This document shows positions 25,930 through 38,871 of a stretch of 64,000 nucleotides of DNA, one piece after another. The stretch is taken from positions 62,001-126,000 of the forward strand of contig JBODTK010000131.1 of NCBI GenBank assembly GCA_050613775.1, in the 5' to 3' direction. The position numbers and the translations under genes are program-made. This stretch comes from Neocallimastix sp. 'constans'. Taxonomy: Eukaryota. Each line of letters starts with the position of its first letter. Within the stretch, counting starts at the first letter, position 1. The notes beneath the pieces were generated by a model. It was given only the letters and a program-made list of their open reading frames with translations, had not been told where the DNA came from and ran no database searches.

Positions 25930-26960
25930 AGGGAAGAAATATAGTAGTTCAACCACTGATTCTTCATATTGGTTGAAAAAATTAAATTCAATAAAAACAA
26001 CTAATAAACAAGGAATTTTAGAGGTGATAGATTAATTAAAAGATATCTTCAAAAACATGTATAATATAAATTTCCATTTATCTGAAGATGAAAAATTAAG
26101 ACACTTATTTAACGCTATACCAGAAGATTATGCAAATAAATTTATTCTTATTGGTAAAGATAATTTTACTATTATTAGTATGAAAATAGAGGAAGACATA
26201 AGCAAACTTGCTTATATTCAACAATGGAACTCAAATAGCCAATCTAAGGATGATCCAATGGAAATAGACTATACTGGTAAATTCCAAAAGAAGAAAAGAA
26301 ATAGCAATAAAAGAAACTATCAGGCAAGGAAAGAGGATAAAAAATACTGTTATATATGCAATAAAAATAATCATAATACTTTTGACTGCTGATTTAACAC
26401 GTTAAATAAAAACAGTAATTTAAATAAATATGTAAACCAAGAGTATTCAAGGAAGAGAATACAAACAATAATAAAAGTAATAATAATAATCAATCATCTT
26501 CAAGTAAAAAAGGAAAAGGAACATATTATGCTGGAATAATTAAGAGGTATAATATAAATTAACAATATAATGTTAATGTAGATTATGAAGAAATAAAGAC
26601 TATGTTTAAAAATGACACTAATAATTCTCAAAAATCAGTATATTTAATTAATTATAAAAATAACGAGTCAAAAGTATTAAATAACATTTCTTCAATCAAT
26701 TTCCATGATAAGTTCTACTGGTTATATGATTCTGGAGTAGGAGAACACTTAACAAACAATAAAAACATACTAAAAAAACTACAAAGAAGAAGAAATTAAA
26801 TTAACTTGTGCAAATAATATAATATGTACCTTTGAAGATTATGGAAAATTTTTTTTCTTCATAAATAATAATAAAATTATTTTAAAACACGGCTTATACT
26901 CAAAGGATGTTGCCAAGAACATGATAAGCGGTGTGGAATTAGCTAAATTAGGCATTAATT
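25930..26960 (+). mobile_element. Ty1/Copia gag-protease fragment
   Basis: DDPMEID, zinc knuckle CYICNKNNHNTFDC, protease WLYDSGVGEHLTNN, then LTCANN..KNMISG; contains stops and frameshifts. Confidence 0.85.
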
Positions 26961-27329
26961 GATAAAAATGAAACATATGATAAAAAGCAATAATAGAATA
27001 TATAAAATTAGAATACCAGACGAATCTTAAGTTAGGCTAAACTATAACTAGGAAAATAAAAATAAAGAAAATTTTCATAATAGTAAACTGTCTAAGTGAT
27101 TTCCAACTTAATATTGAAATATAAATATTACATGATAACAATAAATTACAGGAATATTAATAATAAAAATACATGAATATTAATAATGCTACATGATAAT
27201 AATATTTATAAAAATATAAGTCAAAATTATTTAATAATAATACAAGTTTGATAATAATAAGGAATTGATATAGTAAAATTAAAATTATAATAATTCATTT
27301 TTGATTAAAATAATAAACTTTTTTCTTTC

Positions 27330-30300
27330 TTTTGAATATTAAGTGTTTTGTTTAAGTTTGTTATTAAAGTTTTTCAAAATTTTAGTACAATCGAGATTTT
27401 CTTTGAGTTGTTTGAAGAGTTCTGTTAAGTTTTTTTTTTATTTAAATTCTTCTAAGAGAGAAACATCGGGTATACTAGATACCACAGGTGAGAATCTTGG
27501 ATTGTATCCATGGTTAGCATAAAAAGGTGAGTGTCTTAAGGATTCTTGGGCTGTCTTGTAGTAGCAGAATTCAACAAGAAATAGGTAGTCGTTCCAGTTT
27601 GAACCTTTAAAATTTGAGTAGCAACACAGGAATTGTTCGACGACGGAGTTCACCTTCTCCGTTAGACCATTGGTTTGATGGTGAAAAGGAGAAGAGAGTT
27701 TCATCGAGATGTTCAAAATCTTACAAAGAGTAGTTCAGAGTTTAGAATAACGAGAACACAAATGAAGCCGTTGGAGATTGGAAGGTCAGTAATAAAATCT
27801 ATTGAAATTGAAGTACAAGGGTAATTAGGAACATCGAATGGTTGTAAGAGACCATACGGTTTATGTTTGGAGTTTTTTGAGAGACAACAGGAGTCACATG
27901 AACGAACATAGTCTTTGATTGTAGTGAGCATAGAGAACCACCAGAAATCACAACAAGTAAGGGAAGTAGTTAACCTTGATACTAAAGTGTCTAGCAGAGG
28001 GAAAATCATGGCAAATGCTTAAGACAGAAGAACAGAATAACGACAACTTGAAGGGACGAAGAATTTTATTATTGTATAGAAGGAAGCTATTACTAAGAGA
28101 GAAGTTCTTAAGTTTAGGAGAGTCCTGGGATTTGTTCGAAGAGAGTTGTTGGCAGATATCATGATAGAATTGATCTTCTTTAAGATTTATTGAGAATTTG
28201 ATCAGTCAAGGAAGTAATCAGGGTAGTAGTTGCACAAAAGTTTTCAGTTCGGAAGACATTAAAAGGAATATCAAATGATAATTCTTCTTCACTGAAAAGA
28301 ATAGTCTGTTTTACGAGAAAGTACATCGGGTTTACCATTAACGGAACTAGCATGATATAAGTAATTTTGAAATTGAATTCAGATAAGAGCCGAGCCCAAC
28401 GAACGAGTCTTTGAGACATTTTCACTAGTTTCTTTTGATATAAGAGGTTTCTGTGGTCAAAGAAAATGGTAAAGGGAATGAATATGCCTTTTAATAAGTG
28501 TTTCCATTGTTCTAAAGCATCAATAATAACAAGAAGTTCCTTGTAGTAGATGGGGTAATTCTTTTTAGTAGGGGTAAGAAGTCTTGAGAAGAAGACAATA
28601 GAATGAATTTTGTTATCTTTGTGAATAATTTGAGAAAGAATAGCTCCTATAGCTATCTGTTTCGACTATTTAAGGGAGTTCGCGATTAGGGTAAGCTAGC
28701 ACTGGGGCAGAAAAAAAATTTAGATTTAATTTTATCAAAGACAACTTGAGCACCAGACGAAATTTTTTATTTTTCTTTAAGAGTGAATCAAGGGGATGAG
28801 TGATGGCTACAAAACCTGGAATGAATCTACAGTGATAATTTGCTAATCCTTGGAAGGATTGGAATTGTTTAATATTTGTTAGAGCAGGCCATTCAAAGGT
28901 TGAAGATACTTTTTTAGGATCCATAATAATAAAAATACCATCAGAAGAGATTCTATGGCCAAGAAAGTCTAAGAAAGGTACACCGAATTCGCATTTTTTT
29001 TAGTTTTACAGATAAACCAGCTTTTCTGAGTCCAAAAAGTACTTCGGAAAGGCGTTTGAAGTGGGTGTCTAAGTCAGGAGAAAATATACTAATATCATCA
29101 ATGAGTTCTTTGAGAGCTATAGATTATTTCTCGTTCAGGGAGTAGATTGGTCCATAAAAAATTTGAGTACTAGAGAGTAGATTGATTTCACAGTCATAAG
29201 GTCTATGAGGTGGTAATTCATTAGTATATATTTCAATGAAGACGTCTTTGAAAGGAAGGAGTTTGGCAGGCATAGAATTATGAATATTAATTTTAGTGTC
29301 TTTATCAGGTTTTTCCTTGCTTGGAGGAATAAAAGTAGTAAAGGAATTAGGTAAAATTAAGCCGTTAGAGATACAATGATTTGATTGGAAGATGTGTTCT
29401 TTAGTAGAATAATTAACGGTTGAGTTATGAATGGATAACCAGTCTGTGCCTAATATAGAGCAGTAGGATGGAAGATCGAGTATATATAAAATTTTGTTTT
29501 TGCAGTTATGATTTTTGTATGTGATTGAGATTGGGAAGGTTTCACCAAGAATAGATTGTATACCTCTGATTCCAGATATCTTTGTAAAATTGGTGTCCGT
29601 GGTATAGGGGATGTTATTTTCTTATACAAATTCAATATCCATTAAGCTAAGTTGAGAACCTGAATCAAGAAGAATTTAAGTTTTGGTAGAAATATATGAA
29701 ATATTATAATTGAATTCAAAAATTAGGAGTTTTACATCGGGTAGGTCTGAAATTCTTGGTTTTGGAGAAGTACTTGGTTTTGGATTGCTTAAGTGTGAAC
29801 TGGTAGTACGTTTGTTTTTGTTCTTGAGTGGGCATTTTTCAAAGGAGTGGTCAGAAAGAACCACAATACAAACATTGGTTTTCTCTTCTTCTTCGATTCT
29901 TTTCTTATTTCGATAAAGGACCATGGAATTTAGGGGTAGAGGATTTCATTTTGAATGATTGTTTTTTTGTAGTAAATATTAAAAGAGTTATTAAATTTTC
30001 TTTGGGGATCAAAGCATCGATTGTGGGTAGAGATTCTTGAATCGATTCTTGACTCTATGGTTTCCATGTTGAAGAGAGAGAAGATGGTCCAGGAAACATC
30101 TCAAGTATTTTGGTAGTGATTTGTTCATTAAGACCGGCAAGGAAAGCGCTTTCATTTTTGCTTTCTCATTCCAGGATGACTCGTCAGCATGCCTGTTGAA
30201 CTCAAAAATGTAGTTTCCTACATCTCCAAGACGTTTTTGCTTGATTGTTCTGAGCTTTTGATTAGCGACAAAGGTAGCATCACTGTTACTTAAAGCGGCT

Positions 30301-30590
30301 CTAAGTCTTGAGATAAATTCTTTCGTAGTTGTTAAGGCAAGGATCTCTGTTTTCTATTAGAGTAGCTGCCTAATTCATAGCTTTTCCAAAGAGTCTAGAA
30401 ATGATATAAACAATTTTTTGGTAGTCTCATTTTCGAATCGGTCTGGGTGGAGCATGAAAATAAGTTCAATTTTAGCGTGAAATCCCTTGAAGTACCGGTG
30501 GTCGCCAGCAAATTCATCTTTGTAAGTAGCGTTGTTATCCTTCATGATGATTAAGTAGATAGATCTTTCAAAAAGTAGGTTTTCCAAAAG
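27330..30590 (-). mobile_element. Degenerate Ty3/Gypsy LTR retrotransposon (gag-PR-RT-RH-IN)
   Basis: Gag FAGDHRYFKGF; protease ILLDSGSQ; RT GPIYSLNE and FLGHRISSDG; SFQGLANYHCRFIPGF; RNase H YYKELLVII and QRLVRWA; integrase KPYGLLQP..SIDFITDLP and HHQTNGLTEKVN. Confidence 0.9.
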
Positions 30591-31269
30591 AGGGATTTAT
30601 AAAAGAATTATTAAAAGAATTTATAAAGAGTTATTAAGATAATAGTTATAGTTATTGATTTGAATAGTCATGGAAATGTTCTTATTTTAATTAGAGATTT
30701 TAAATTATTAATAGAAATATTTATTGTAAAGGTTCCTTAAATTTAGTTAGAATAATTAATAGTTCCATATTGAGGAAAAGTAACTTGATTACTGCTAGGA
30801 ATAATTTACAATGTATAAGAATTAGTTAAAAGTAAAAGACTATAATTTCTAATATTTTCATTTTTTCGGATTTAATTTTTAATTAATATTAATTATTTTA
30901 TTAATTATTATTTTTCTATATAAACCAATTAATAGAATAATAGAATGTTAAATCATCAAGTCTATAAATTGTTTTATAATTAAACGATATGTTCCGGTAG
31001 CTCTTGAACAGTAAAAAAGTAAGGTCGAATGTTAATATTAATTATAAATTAATAGAAGGAAGTAACGGAGCTGATATCATTATAATCACTAACTTAATTA
31101 GCGGAAAGAGACTAACTGATTATCTTCCTCGATTTCAAAGATACCTTATATTCAAGTATTATGTTTAGTAGTTTAACCTACCACGAGAAAGAAGACGATT
31201 ATTTATAATATATATATAGTTCATTAATTAAAAAAAAATAATTACTATTAATCCAAAATTCGATAGGAA

Positions 31270-31455
31270 ATATGTTCGGATAAAGTAGTTGAATAGAACA
31301 GAATAAGTTTTGGGAGTGGCCGGAAAAAGTGGTTAGATTGCCTAGAATAAGTATCAGGAGTGGCCGGAAAAAGTGGTTGAATTTACCAGAAAAGATTATC
31401 ATAAGTGGCAAGAAAAAGTGGTTGGATTAACCAGAATAAGTAGTCAGAAATGGCC
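31270..31455. repeat. Tandem repeat of about 43 bp x 4 (ggagtggccggaaaaagtggtt...agaataag), probably in the Gypsy 5' leader
   Basis: Repeat units directly visible upstream (minus-strand sense) of the Gypsy gag. Confidence 0.75.
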
Positions 31456-31998
31456 TAACCTGAGTGTACTTTATCAGTAATATATTATGAATCAGTAATA
31501 TTTTATTATTAACAATGATATTAAATGAAATTCAAACTTTAATAAATAAAAAAATAATTTTTATTATTCAAACATAAATAAATGCCATAAATCAAATTTC
31601 AATCTAATGATTATACAATGTTCTTAATGTATGGTTTGAATACTAATATTTAATTATTCTTATAATTAATAACAAATTTTATAACATAAATCAATGTTTT
31701 AATTCTTATTATTTTTATATTTTTTATGATCAACTAATTAAATAGATAATTATAATCAAATAACATAAAAATAAAGCATTTCCTCTTAATTAAGAGAATT
31801 GTGTAAGAAAGTTGTTAGATAGTTTTTAAATTTATAATCATGTATAATTATTTTTACTTGAGTAAGTATATGTAATCATAATAATAAATTTAAATAAATA
31901 ATTTAATAATACTTTAATAAATTTAATAAATTAATCCCAACAATAATTTCTCGAACCAAGGTATTTATCATAAAAATATTTAATATCATACTTATTAC

Positions 31999-31999
<1 letters not shown>

Positions 32000-32080
<81 letters not shown>
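32000..32080. repeat. (TTA)n microsatellite
   Basis: Pure trinucleotide run. Confidence 0.95.
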
Positions 32081-32439
32081 TCTCTACTATTTATATTTAT
32101 ATTTTCAAAATAAGTCAATAAAGAAAAAGAAGCTCATAAAAAAAGATTGAAAATTGGAAAATAAATTGTATTAATTTTAAGTTAATAATATAAAATAGAA
32201 TTATTTATGACGAATACAACTATTTATTGATTTGAATCAAAAATATTTATTAATGATTACTGGTGATTACTAGGGTTAAATATTTATCAGTTATTAATCA
32301 TGCATTAGTCAACTCAAGTATGCTGGATAAAATATAAAGTGTATTTTTTGTTGATTATCCTTTTATATCTCATCATAAATCATTCTTAGTTTATTTCAAT
32401 AAAACCATCACAGATATATCATTTTTGTTACCAAAAAAA

Positions 32440-34150
32440 ATATTTGTTAGAGTGGGATAAATATAAAATGTCTTAAACTTATGAATAATGAAATATGATT
32501 TGGTATCAGTAAATAAGAAAGTTTAAGTAGTATGAGAGGAAGTTTCCAAATTTCTTAATAATAATGATCTTTCCTTTTATCTTTCAAGACAAGAATTATC
32601 TGAAACAAATTGCTATACCTACCTAGGTGTACCGTTTTTCAATTGATTTTAGGACTGAAATCTATCATATAACAAATAAATAATATAATTAAAAAGCACT
32701 ATACTCCATTAAAGGAATTCTTAAGAATCCTCATCTACCTATTTCTCATAAACAAAATTTTATTTTTTTGACATAGTAATAAGCCAAGTTTAGTATTTAA
32801 CAAAGGAAGAACGAGAACTACACAGCCACTGGTTAATAAAGGATTATATTGAAATGAGGAATTTTTTTCAAATATGAATATGTTTACATCCCTTTATTGT
32901 GTTTCTAAAGACCTTAACATTCCTCCCCTATCGGCCAAAATGTTCAATTATTTAGGTAAGATGTTTTAAAAAAAAAAAAATTCCAAATGTATTATTTTTG
33001 TGTTACTTAGAGAAATAATAAGTTATAGACGTCATACATGAGATAACGAAAGTAAACTTTAGCTGACAAATTAGATAAAATTTTTTAATTCCCAAAAGGC
33101 AATTATAAACTTTAACTAGGAATGAAAAATAAAAGGAAAATTATTCAATATAAATGCTTCTAAGAAAAATGAATTTGAAAAAAAAAAAAAAAAAAAACTA
33201 GAGACTACTTAAAGTTCAATTTTAAGTATCCTAAATATAGCCTTGGTTTTTAGATGAGTACTTCGTGCCAGATGTGGATATAAATTTTAATTCTAAGTGT
33301 TGCCAACGCCTCCAATATGGTTTGACGATAACTGTCCAGAACAGTGTCCTTGTTGTTATAGAGAAAATTGTTCCCCTTGATTGGAACATTGGTTTTTTAA
33401 ATGTTATCTATTCTATAAATATCGAATGAGATATTTTATGGTTATTGAAATTTTTTATGAAAAAATATTTTATTATTTCTAGATATTGTCCATTATTAAA
33501 TAGTAATGTAAACACTGTCGTCACAGATATGAATAAAATAGAATTAAGTACTTATTCTAATAGTAATAACGAAGAGTATAATATTAATAATAATAATTAT
33601 AGCAATAGCAATAGTGTTGTTGATAATAGTAATAATATTGATAGTTAAAATAGGATTATTAATATTAATGATAATGAAAATAATAAATACCGTTATTAAT
33701 AATCTAGTGAAAAACGTGACAAAATTAGTAATTTTCTGAATAATGAATGTGTAAATATATATGTGACATGGTATCGATTATATAACTTCCTTTTCGGTGG
33801 AAGAGATGCAAACAACATTAATTTAAATTATTAAAAAGGAATGGGATATTTTGTTTAATAACTAAAACATTTATGGTAATTATTCTAAAACGCCATTTTT
33901 GGTGAGATCTGGTCAGCGGGTCTCTTTATAGAAATTATGCCTAGGGATTGTACTCAATAAGAGTTGCTATTCCGACGGTATAAGCGTAAACTAATCAGGA
34001 ACATCAGCACTAAAAATGGAGTAAGACAGGCTATCAGAGCCAATATCTCTCTAAAGGAGAAGACCATAATTTCTATCAAATTAGTTAACTCAAACTCTAA
34101 CTCAGGAATAGGAATTTCCTTTAACAGAAATTTTATCATCTGGAGGTGAG
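32440..34150 (+). mobile_element. Heavily degenerate LINE RT C-terminal half, same clade as 4825-7114
   Basis: ETNCYTYLGVPF, SKDLNIPPLSAK, VLRARCGYK, CPEQCPCC..EHWFFKC, LYNFLFGGR and KTPFLV are collinear with the 5347-7041 protein. Confidence 0.85.
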
Positions 34151-34614
34151 CCTCATTACCTATTAATTTTTTTTTCTTAATTTACTTATACAGTTTTATT
34201 TTGAATATTACTTTTTATTTCACATTACTATTTAAAATATTATTATGTTTTTATTGGACATTAATAATATTTTTTTTTTATTAATGGTATTTTTTTTTAA
34301 TAAAAAAAAATAAAGTTTGTAATAATTACGGCAGTAAAAACAAAAAATATATATATAAAAAATAAAATATTTTCTTAAAAGCACTTTATAATTAAAAAAA
34401 ATAGAATAAGATAAATTAAATTAATAACTTAATATTAATAATAAATAATAAAAAAATTTTTTTTCTTTAAAAAATTATAAAATAAAAATTTATTTAAAAA
34501 ATTTTAAATCATATTATATATAATATATTTATTTAAATATTTAATTAAAATATTTTTTAATAAATGAAATTATATTACAACAGTAATAATTTATTTATAA
34601 ACTTGTGTATATTC

Positions 34615-35310
34615 AACAATATATCGCGGTCTAGGACATTACTACAATGATGGCCTGATTAAATACTTAGAACTACATAATATTAAAAATAGCGAATGCT
34701 TAAACTGTAAAGTTTCAAAACTTAAAAGAAGACCTCATAACGGTAAACCTCCTACTGCATTCAATATTTTGGAAACTATTCATTCTGATTCAATAGTACC
34801 TATTAAGAAATCTGTACTTGGTAAAAAATAAATACTTACATTCATAGATGAATTTTTCAAGAAAAGCTTGGGTATATAAATTACAAGATAAAGTTGAAGT
34901 TCCAAAAACAACAATCCAATATTTGAAATACATAAAAAATAATTTTCAGTATAAAGTCAAATACTTCAAAACTGATAATGGTAAGGAATATAAAAATAAA
35001 AAAGTAAAAGGTTTAACTATAAAATTATAGATTGTGCTAAAACTATTTTAATTTGGAGTAAGTTAAATATAAGATTCTGGGATTTTGTTGTAATGTATGC
35101 TATATACCTATATAATATTATTCCGCATAAAGGAATTGCCAATCGTATTCCAAATGAAGTTTTCTTTAATTCAAAAGTAAATTTAAAATATGTCAAAACA
35201 TTCGGATGTATAGCTTATTATAAGAACTTCTCACAAAACAAAAAGAAAGTTTGAACCAAATGGTAAGAAGGGCATATTTTTAGGTTTTAATTTAAACTCT
35301 CAAATCTAAA
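34615..35310 (+). mobile_element. Ty1/Copia GAG-pre-integrase and integrase fragment
   Basis: RGLGHY..CLNCKVSK, LETIHSD, ILTFIDEFSRKAWVY, FKTDNGKEY, YNIIPH..IPNEVF, VKTFGCIAYY, GIFLG. Confidence 0.85.
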
Positions 35311-35627
35311 TGTTTAGAAATAAATGTATAGATTTGAAAATGAATATAAAACTAAATGGAATGAATGGTAATAAATAAAATTCATAAACTATTCAAGAAT
35401 TAAATTGAAGTTATAATAATAGTTATGAATAAAATTTATCATAAACATAAAGGTCAGTTAATTGGAATTCTTTACCAATAGATAGGCTATTATGCATTAT
35501 AATATAAGTGTTAAAATGAGGAGTCTATCACCTCTTGTAATGTAAGTCGGAGTTTTAACATTTCGTAGTAGAATATTTGTATATATTTGTATAAAATAAA
35601 TTTATATGTGATGAAACAACGTCATCA

Positions 35628-36350
35628 CTATAACAATGGAGCCTTTTCAAAGGGGTCATCATCAATATCGTTTGTTGATATTGGCTTTGGGATACAGCAT
35701 TTAATATTATCACTTCCTTTTGCATAAATCTGGTACAATAGTATTTGTGTTTTCATCGCATTGTTCTGTAGGAATAAAAATACCATTGTTTTCATAATTA
35801 TCAATGAATATATTCTTTGGAAAACTACATTTAATTTCTTTAGGTTATTTCAAGCATAATCCAGGTATTATGAAACTAGTTTCTTTGTCACATAGATCGT
35901 CATTTATACATTCACCAGTTAAATTTCCATCATAACAAGTAGGTGAATTAGAAGTAGTTGTGTTAGGTTTTGTATTAGACTCATTAATAACACCAATCTC
36001 TCGTAATTTATTGATGTAGAATTCATTATTAATTTTGTAATATACTCTTTTATCATTGACAAATGTTGAATAATCACAAACTGTAAATAATGCAGCCTCA
36101 GCTGCTCTTCTTTTTACTAATCCATGAAGAGTTACATATTTACCATTTATATTTGCATTATTGTATTCTAATAAAGATTTGAAAATCTCCGATTTACTTC
36201 TATTATCGTTATCTATTAATTTGTTTAGGCTTCCAATATTGTAAGCAAAACTGTGTAATGCATCATATTCATTTTGAGTCTAATTATAATTATAATTCAA
36301 CCATTCAACTTTAGGCCTATACTTCTTTACATAATTTTGGAATTTCAATT
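35628..36350 (-). pseudogene. Phage-type GH24 lysozyme (C-terminal half) fused to two Cys-rich repeats; pseudogene
   Basis: YNYN*TQNEYDALHSFAYNIGSLNKLIDNDNRSKSEIFKSLLEYNNA..LHGLVKRRAAEAALF, then a linker, GECINDDLCD..IPGLC and EQCD..VPDLCKGSDNIKCC. Stops at 36280-36282 and 35845-35847, frameshift near 35718. Catalytic N-terminus absent. Confidence 0.85.
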
Positions 36351-36375
36351 TTCAAACTTTCAGAAGGTTGGTTTT

Positions 36376-36600
36376 GGGAGGATAATAATGCATTTCGCAA
36401 TTGTCATTTCGCAATGTGGCGTATTTTTGTATGTGGCTTATTTTTTTAATAATTAATTAAATAATAAATATTCTTTTTTATATATTTATTTATGATTGTC
36501 TAGAATATCTTAAAAATGTATGGCTTTATTTTTAAGTATTTATATAACACATTGAGAAATAAACCACATTCGACTTTGGCTCAATTTTTCGGCATTCTTG
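36376..36600. mobile_element. MITE-like end with catttcgcaa / tgtggc subterminal motifs
   Basis: gggaggataataatgcatttcgcaattgtcatttcgcaatgtggc resembles motifs at 1840-1910 and 50660-50892. Confidence 0.45.
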
Positions 36601-38772
36601 AGCACTTTAAAACATTAATGTATAATAAATTATTATATAATAAACATATAATAAATTAATATTTAATTAGAAATAATCAAAAAAATGTATATTATAAAAT
36701 TATATTTTTATTTAATAAGTTAAAAAATATATTTGTTTAAAATTATTACTATTGAACAGTAATAAATTGTTTAAATTAAATAGATATTCTATCATGTATT
36801 TGTATTTTAAATAATTTTATTTTATACAAATTATAAAAAATATAATTTTACTATGCTAACTTTAAAATGTTATATCTAAAATTATTAAATATATGAGTAA
36901 TTAAATACAAAAAGAATAAATCAGGTAAAAAAAAAAAAAAATTAAATACAATTTTATATATATCAAAAGTTTTACTTTGATATAACTCGATCCCACTCTT
37001 AACTTTTTGGGAGAAGGGATTATATATTTTTTAATGTTTATTTTTATTTATTTATTAATCATAATCAAATTATTAACTTCACAATTTCATAATATAAAAA
37101 AAATAATTTATACTTTTACTAATTTATAATAAAATTATCCTATAATAAAAAATAAAGTTATAATCAATATTAGTAGTAAAATAAAAAGTTATTTAATATA
37201 ATAAATTTTTAATAATACACAATTATTTTCATATTTCTCTATATTCTAATGATTTTCATTAGCCAAAATAACAATAGTTTATCAATTTGCAATTAACATA
37301 AATTTTATAATATATTTATGTATTTATATGTTTATAATAAATCAATTTTTATATTAATTAAAGTTTTTATTTGTATTCTATATCAACTTCATAGAAAAAA
37401 AAAAGTTTATAGAAAAAAAAATTTTAAAAAGAAGCATAAATTTATGTATTAATCTAGTTTTTATAGTATTTATATTAAAAATTAATTTATGTATTTTTAT
37501 TATTAAATTAATATTTATAATTTAATATAGGAAAACTTTATTATAGTAAATAATTATAAAAGAGAAAAATACTTTGAAATAGTTTTATTTCTTTGTCCAA
37601 GAATAAGAAATAGTAGATTAGTGTAATTCTTGAGATCAAAATATGAAAATAAATATTAAATGTTAAGAATAAATGTTAGTTTTCATTTTTAATAATGATA
37701 AGTAAATGTAATTCTTCTAAATAAATAAAATTTAAATAAAAATTATTTTTTATAAAACATATAAATTATATCCCCCACATTTAAAAAGAACCGAACCTGA
37801 ACTTCTTTACTTTATCAGATGACTTCATAAATTAATAAACAAAATAAATATTAAATTAAATTAATTATTAATCCATTAATATTTGTACCAAATTAATAAT
37901 ATGTTTAATTAATTAAATTTGAATTTTCTAAAACTTCGATCGATTATTTAATTTTGATTTTATTTTAATTTTTTTTTTTTATTTTAAAAAATATATAAAT
38001 ATATAATTTTTAAAGTTTGAAGATTTTAATTAACAATTAAATCTATTAAAAATATTATTAAAAAAAAAAAATAAATAAATAAATATGAAAGATATAAAAT
38101 AATATATAATATATAATATATCAATAATTTTCTTTTCTTTTTTTTTTGAATTTTATTTTAATAATTAATTTGATAATTTAATAATCTTAACTGAATTGTT
38201 TATTTTTTATTTTTTATTTTTTATTTTTTATTTTTTATTTTTTATTTATTATTTTTTATTTTTTATTTTTTTAAATGGATAGTTTATTTTTGAATATTTT
38301 ATTTTATTTAAAAATAAATATGAGATATGTATATTACAATAAAATTATTAATATATTATTTCTTGTATTTATTTTAAATTATATATTTAATTTTTATTTT
38401 ATTTTATTTAATTTTTATTTTATTTAAATTTATTTTTATTTTATTTAAATTTTTTTTTATTATATTTAAATTTTTTTTTCTTTTTTTTTATTATTTTAAT
38501 TTTATTTTTAGTTTAAAAATTAAAGAATAAAAAAAATAACCTCTTTAAAATCAAGATAAATTCTATTATTTTATAATTATTAATAAATATTATAAAAAAC
38601 ATAAAAAATAATAAATATTATATTAATTAAATAAAATAGATTTTTAATTATATTATTGACATATATATATATAAAAAAAAAAGTAATTATTATTTATAAA
38701 AATTTTATAAGTAAATATATTTTTATAAAGAATTATTAATAATTAAATATTATATTATAATTTAGAAAAAAA

Positions 38773-38871
38773 ATGGCAGGAAGTACTATTGTTACTCTCA
38801 TTCTCGGAATTATTTGTATTCTAATATCAATCGGAACAATTATATATAAATGTGTCAAAAGAAACAAATAA
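38773..38871 (+). CDS. Candidate 32-aa single-transmembrane microprotein MAGSTIVTLILGIICILISIGTIIYKCVKRNK
   Basis: The GC-elevated island coincides with ATG..TAA inside an AT desert. A-run before ATGG as in the other genes; about 20 hydrophobic residues followed by a basic tail. Confidence 0.55.
   Translation: MAGSTIVTLILGIICILISIGTIIYKCVKRNK

Noticed and set aside
31270..31455. CRISPR-like appearance of the 43-bp repeats
   Set aside because: Whole units are homologous, with no unique spacers and no cas genes, in a eukaryotic context.
24876..31500. gtaatatattatgaat at about 24877 and 31477 as a Gypsy LTR pair
   Set aside because: Only about 16 bp of AT-rich identity with no extended LTR alignment.
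36984..37022. Possible Helitron 3' hairpin (atccc...gggat)
   Set aside because: The stem is imperfect and no CTRR terminus follows; it resembles part of the 45320-45605 element instead.
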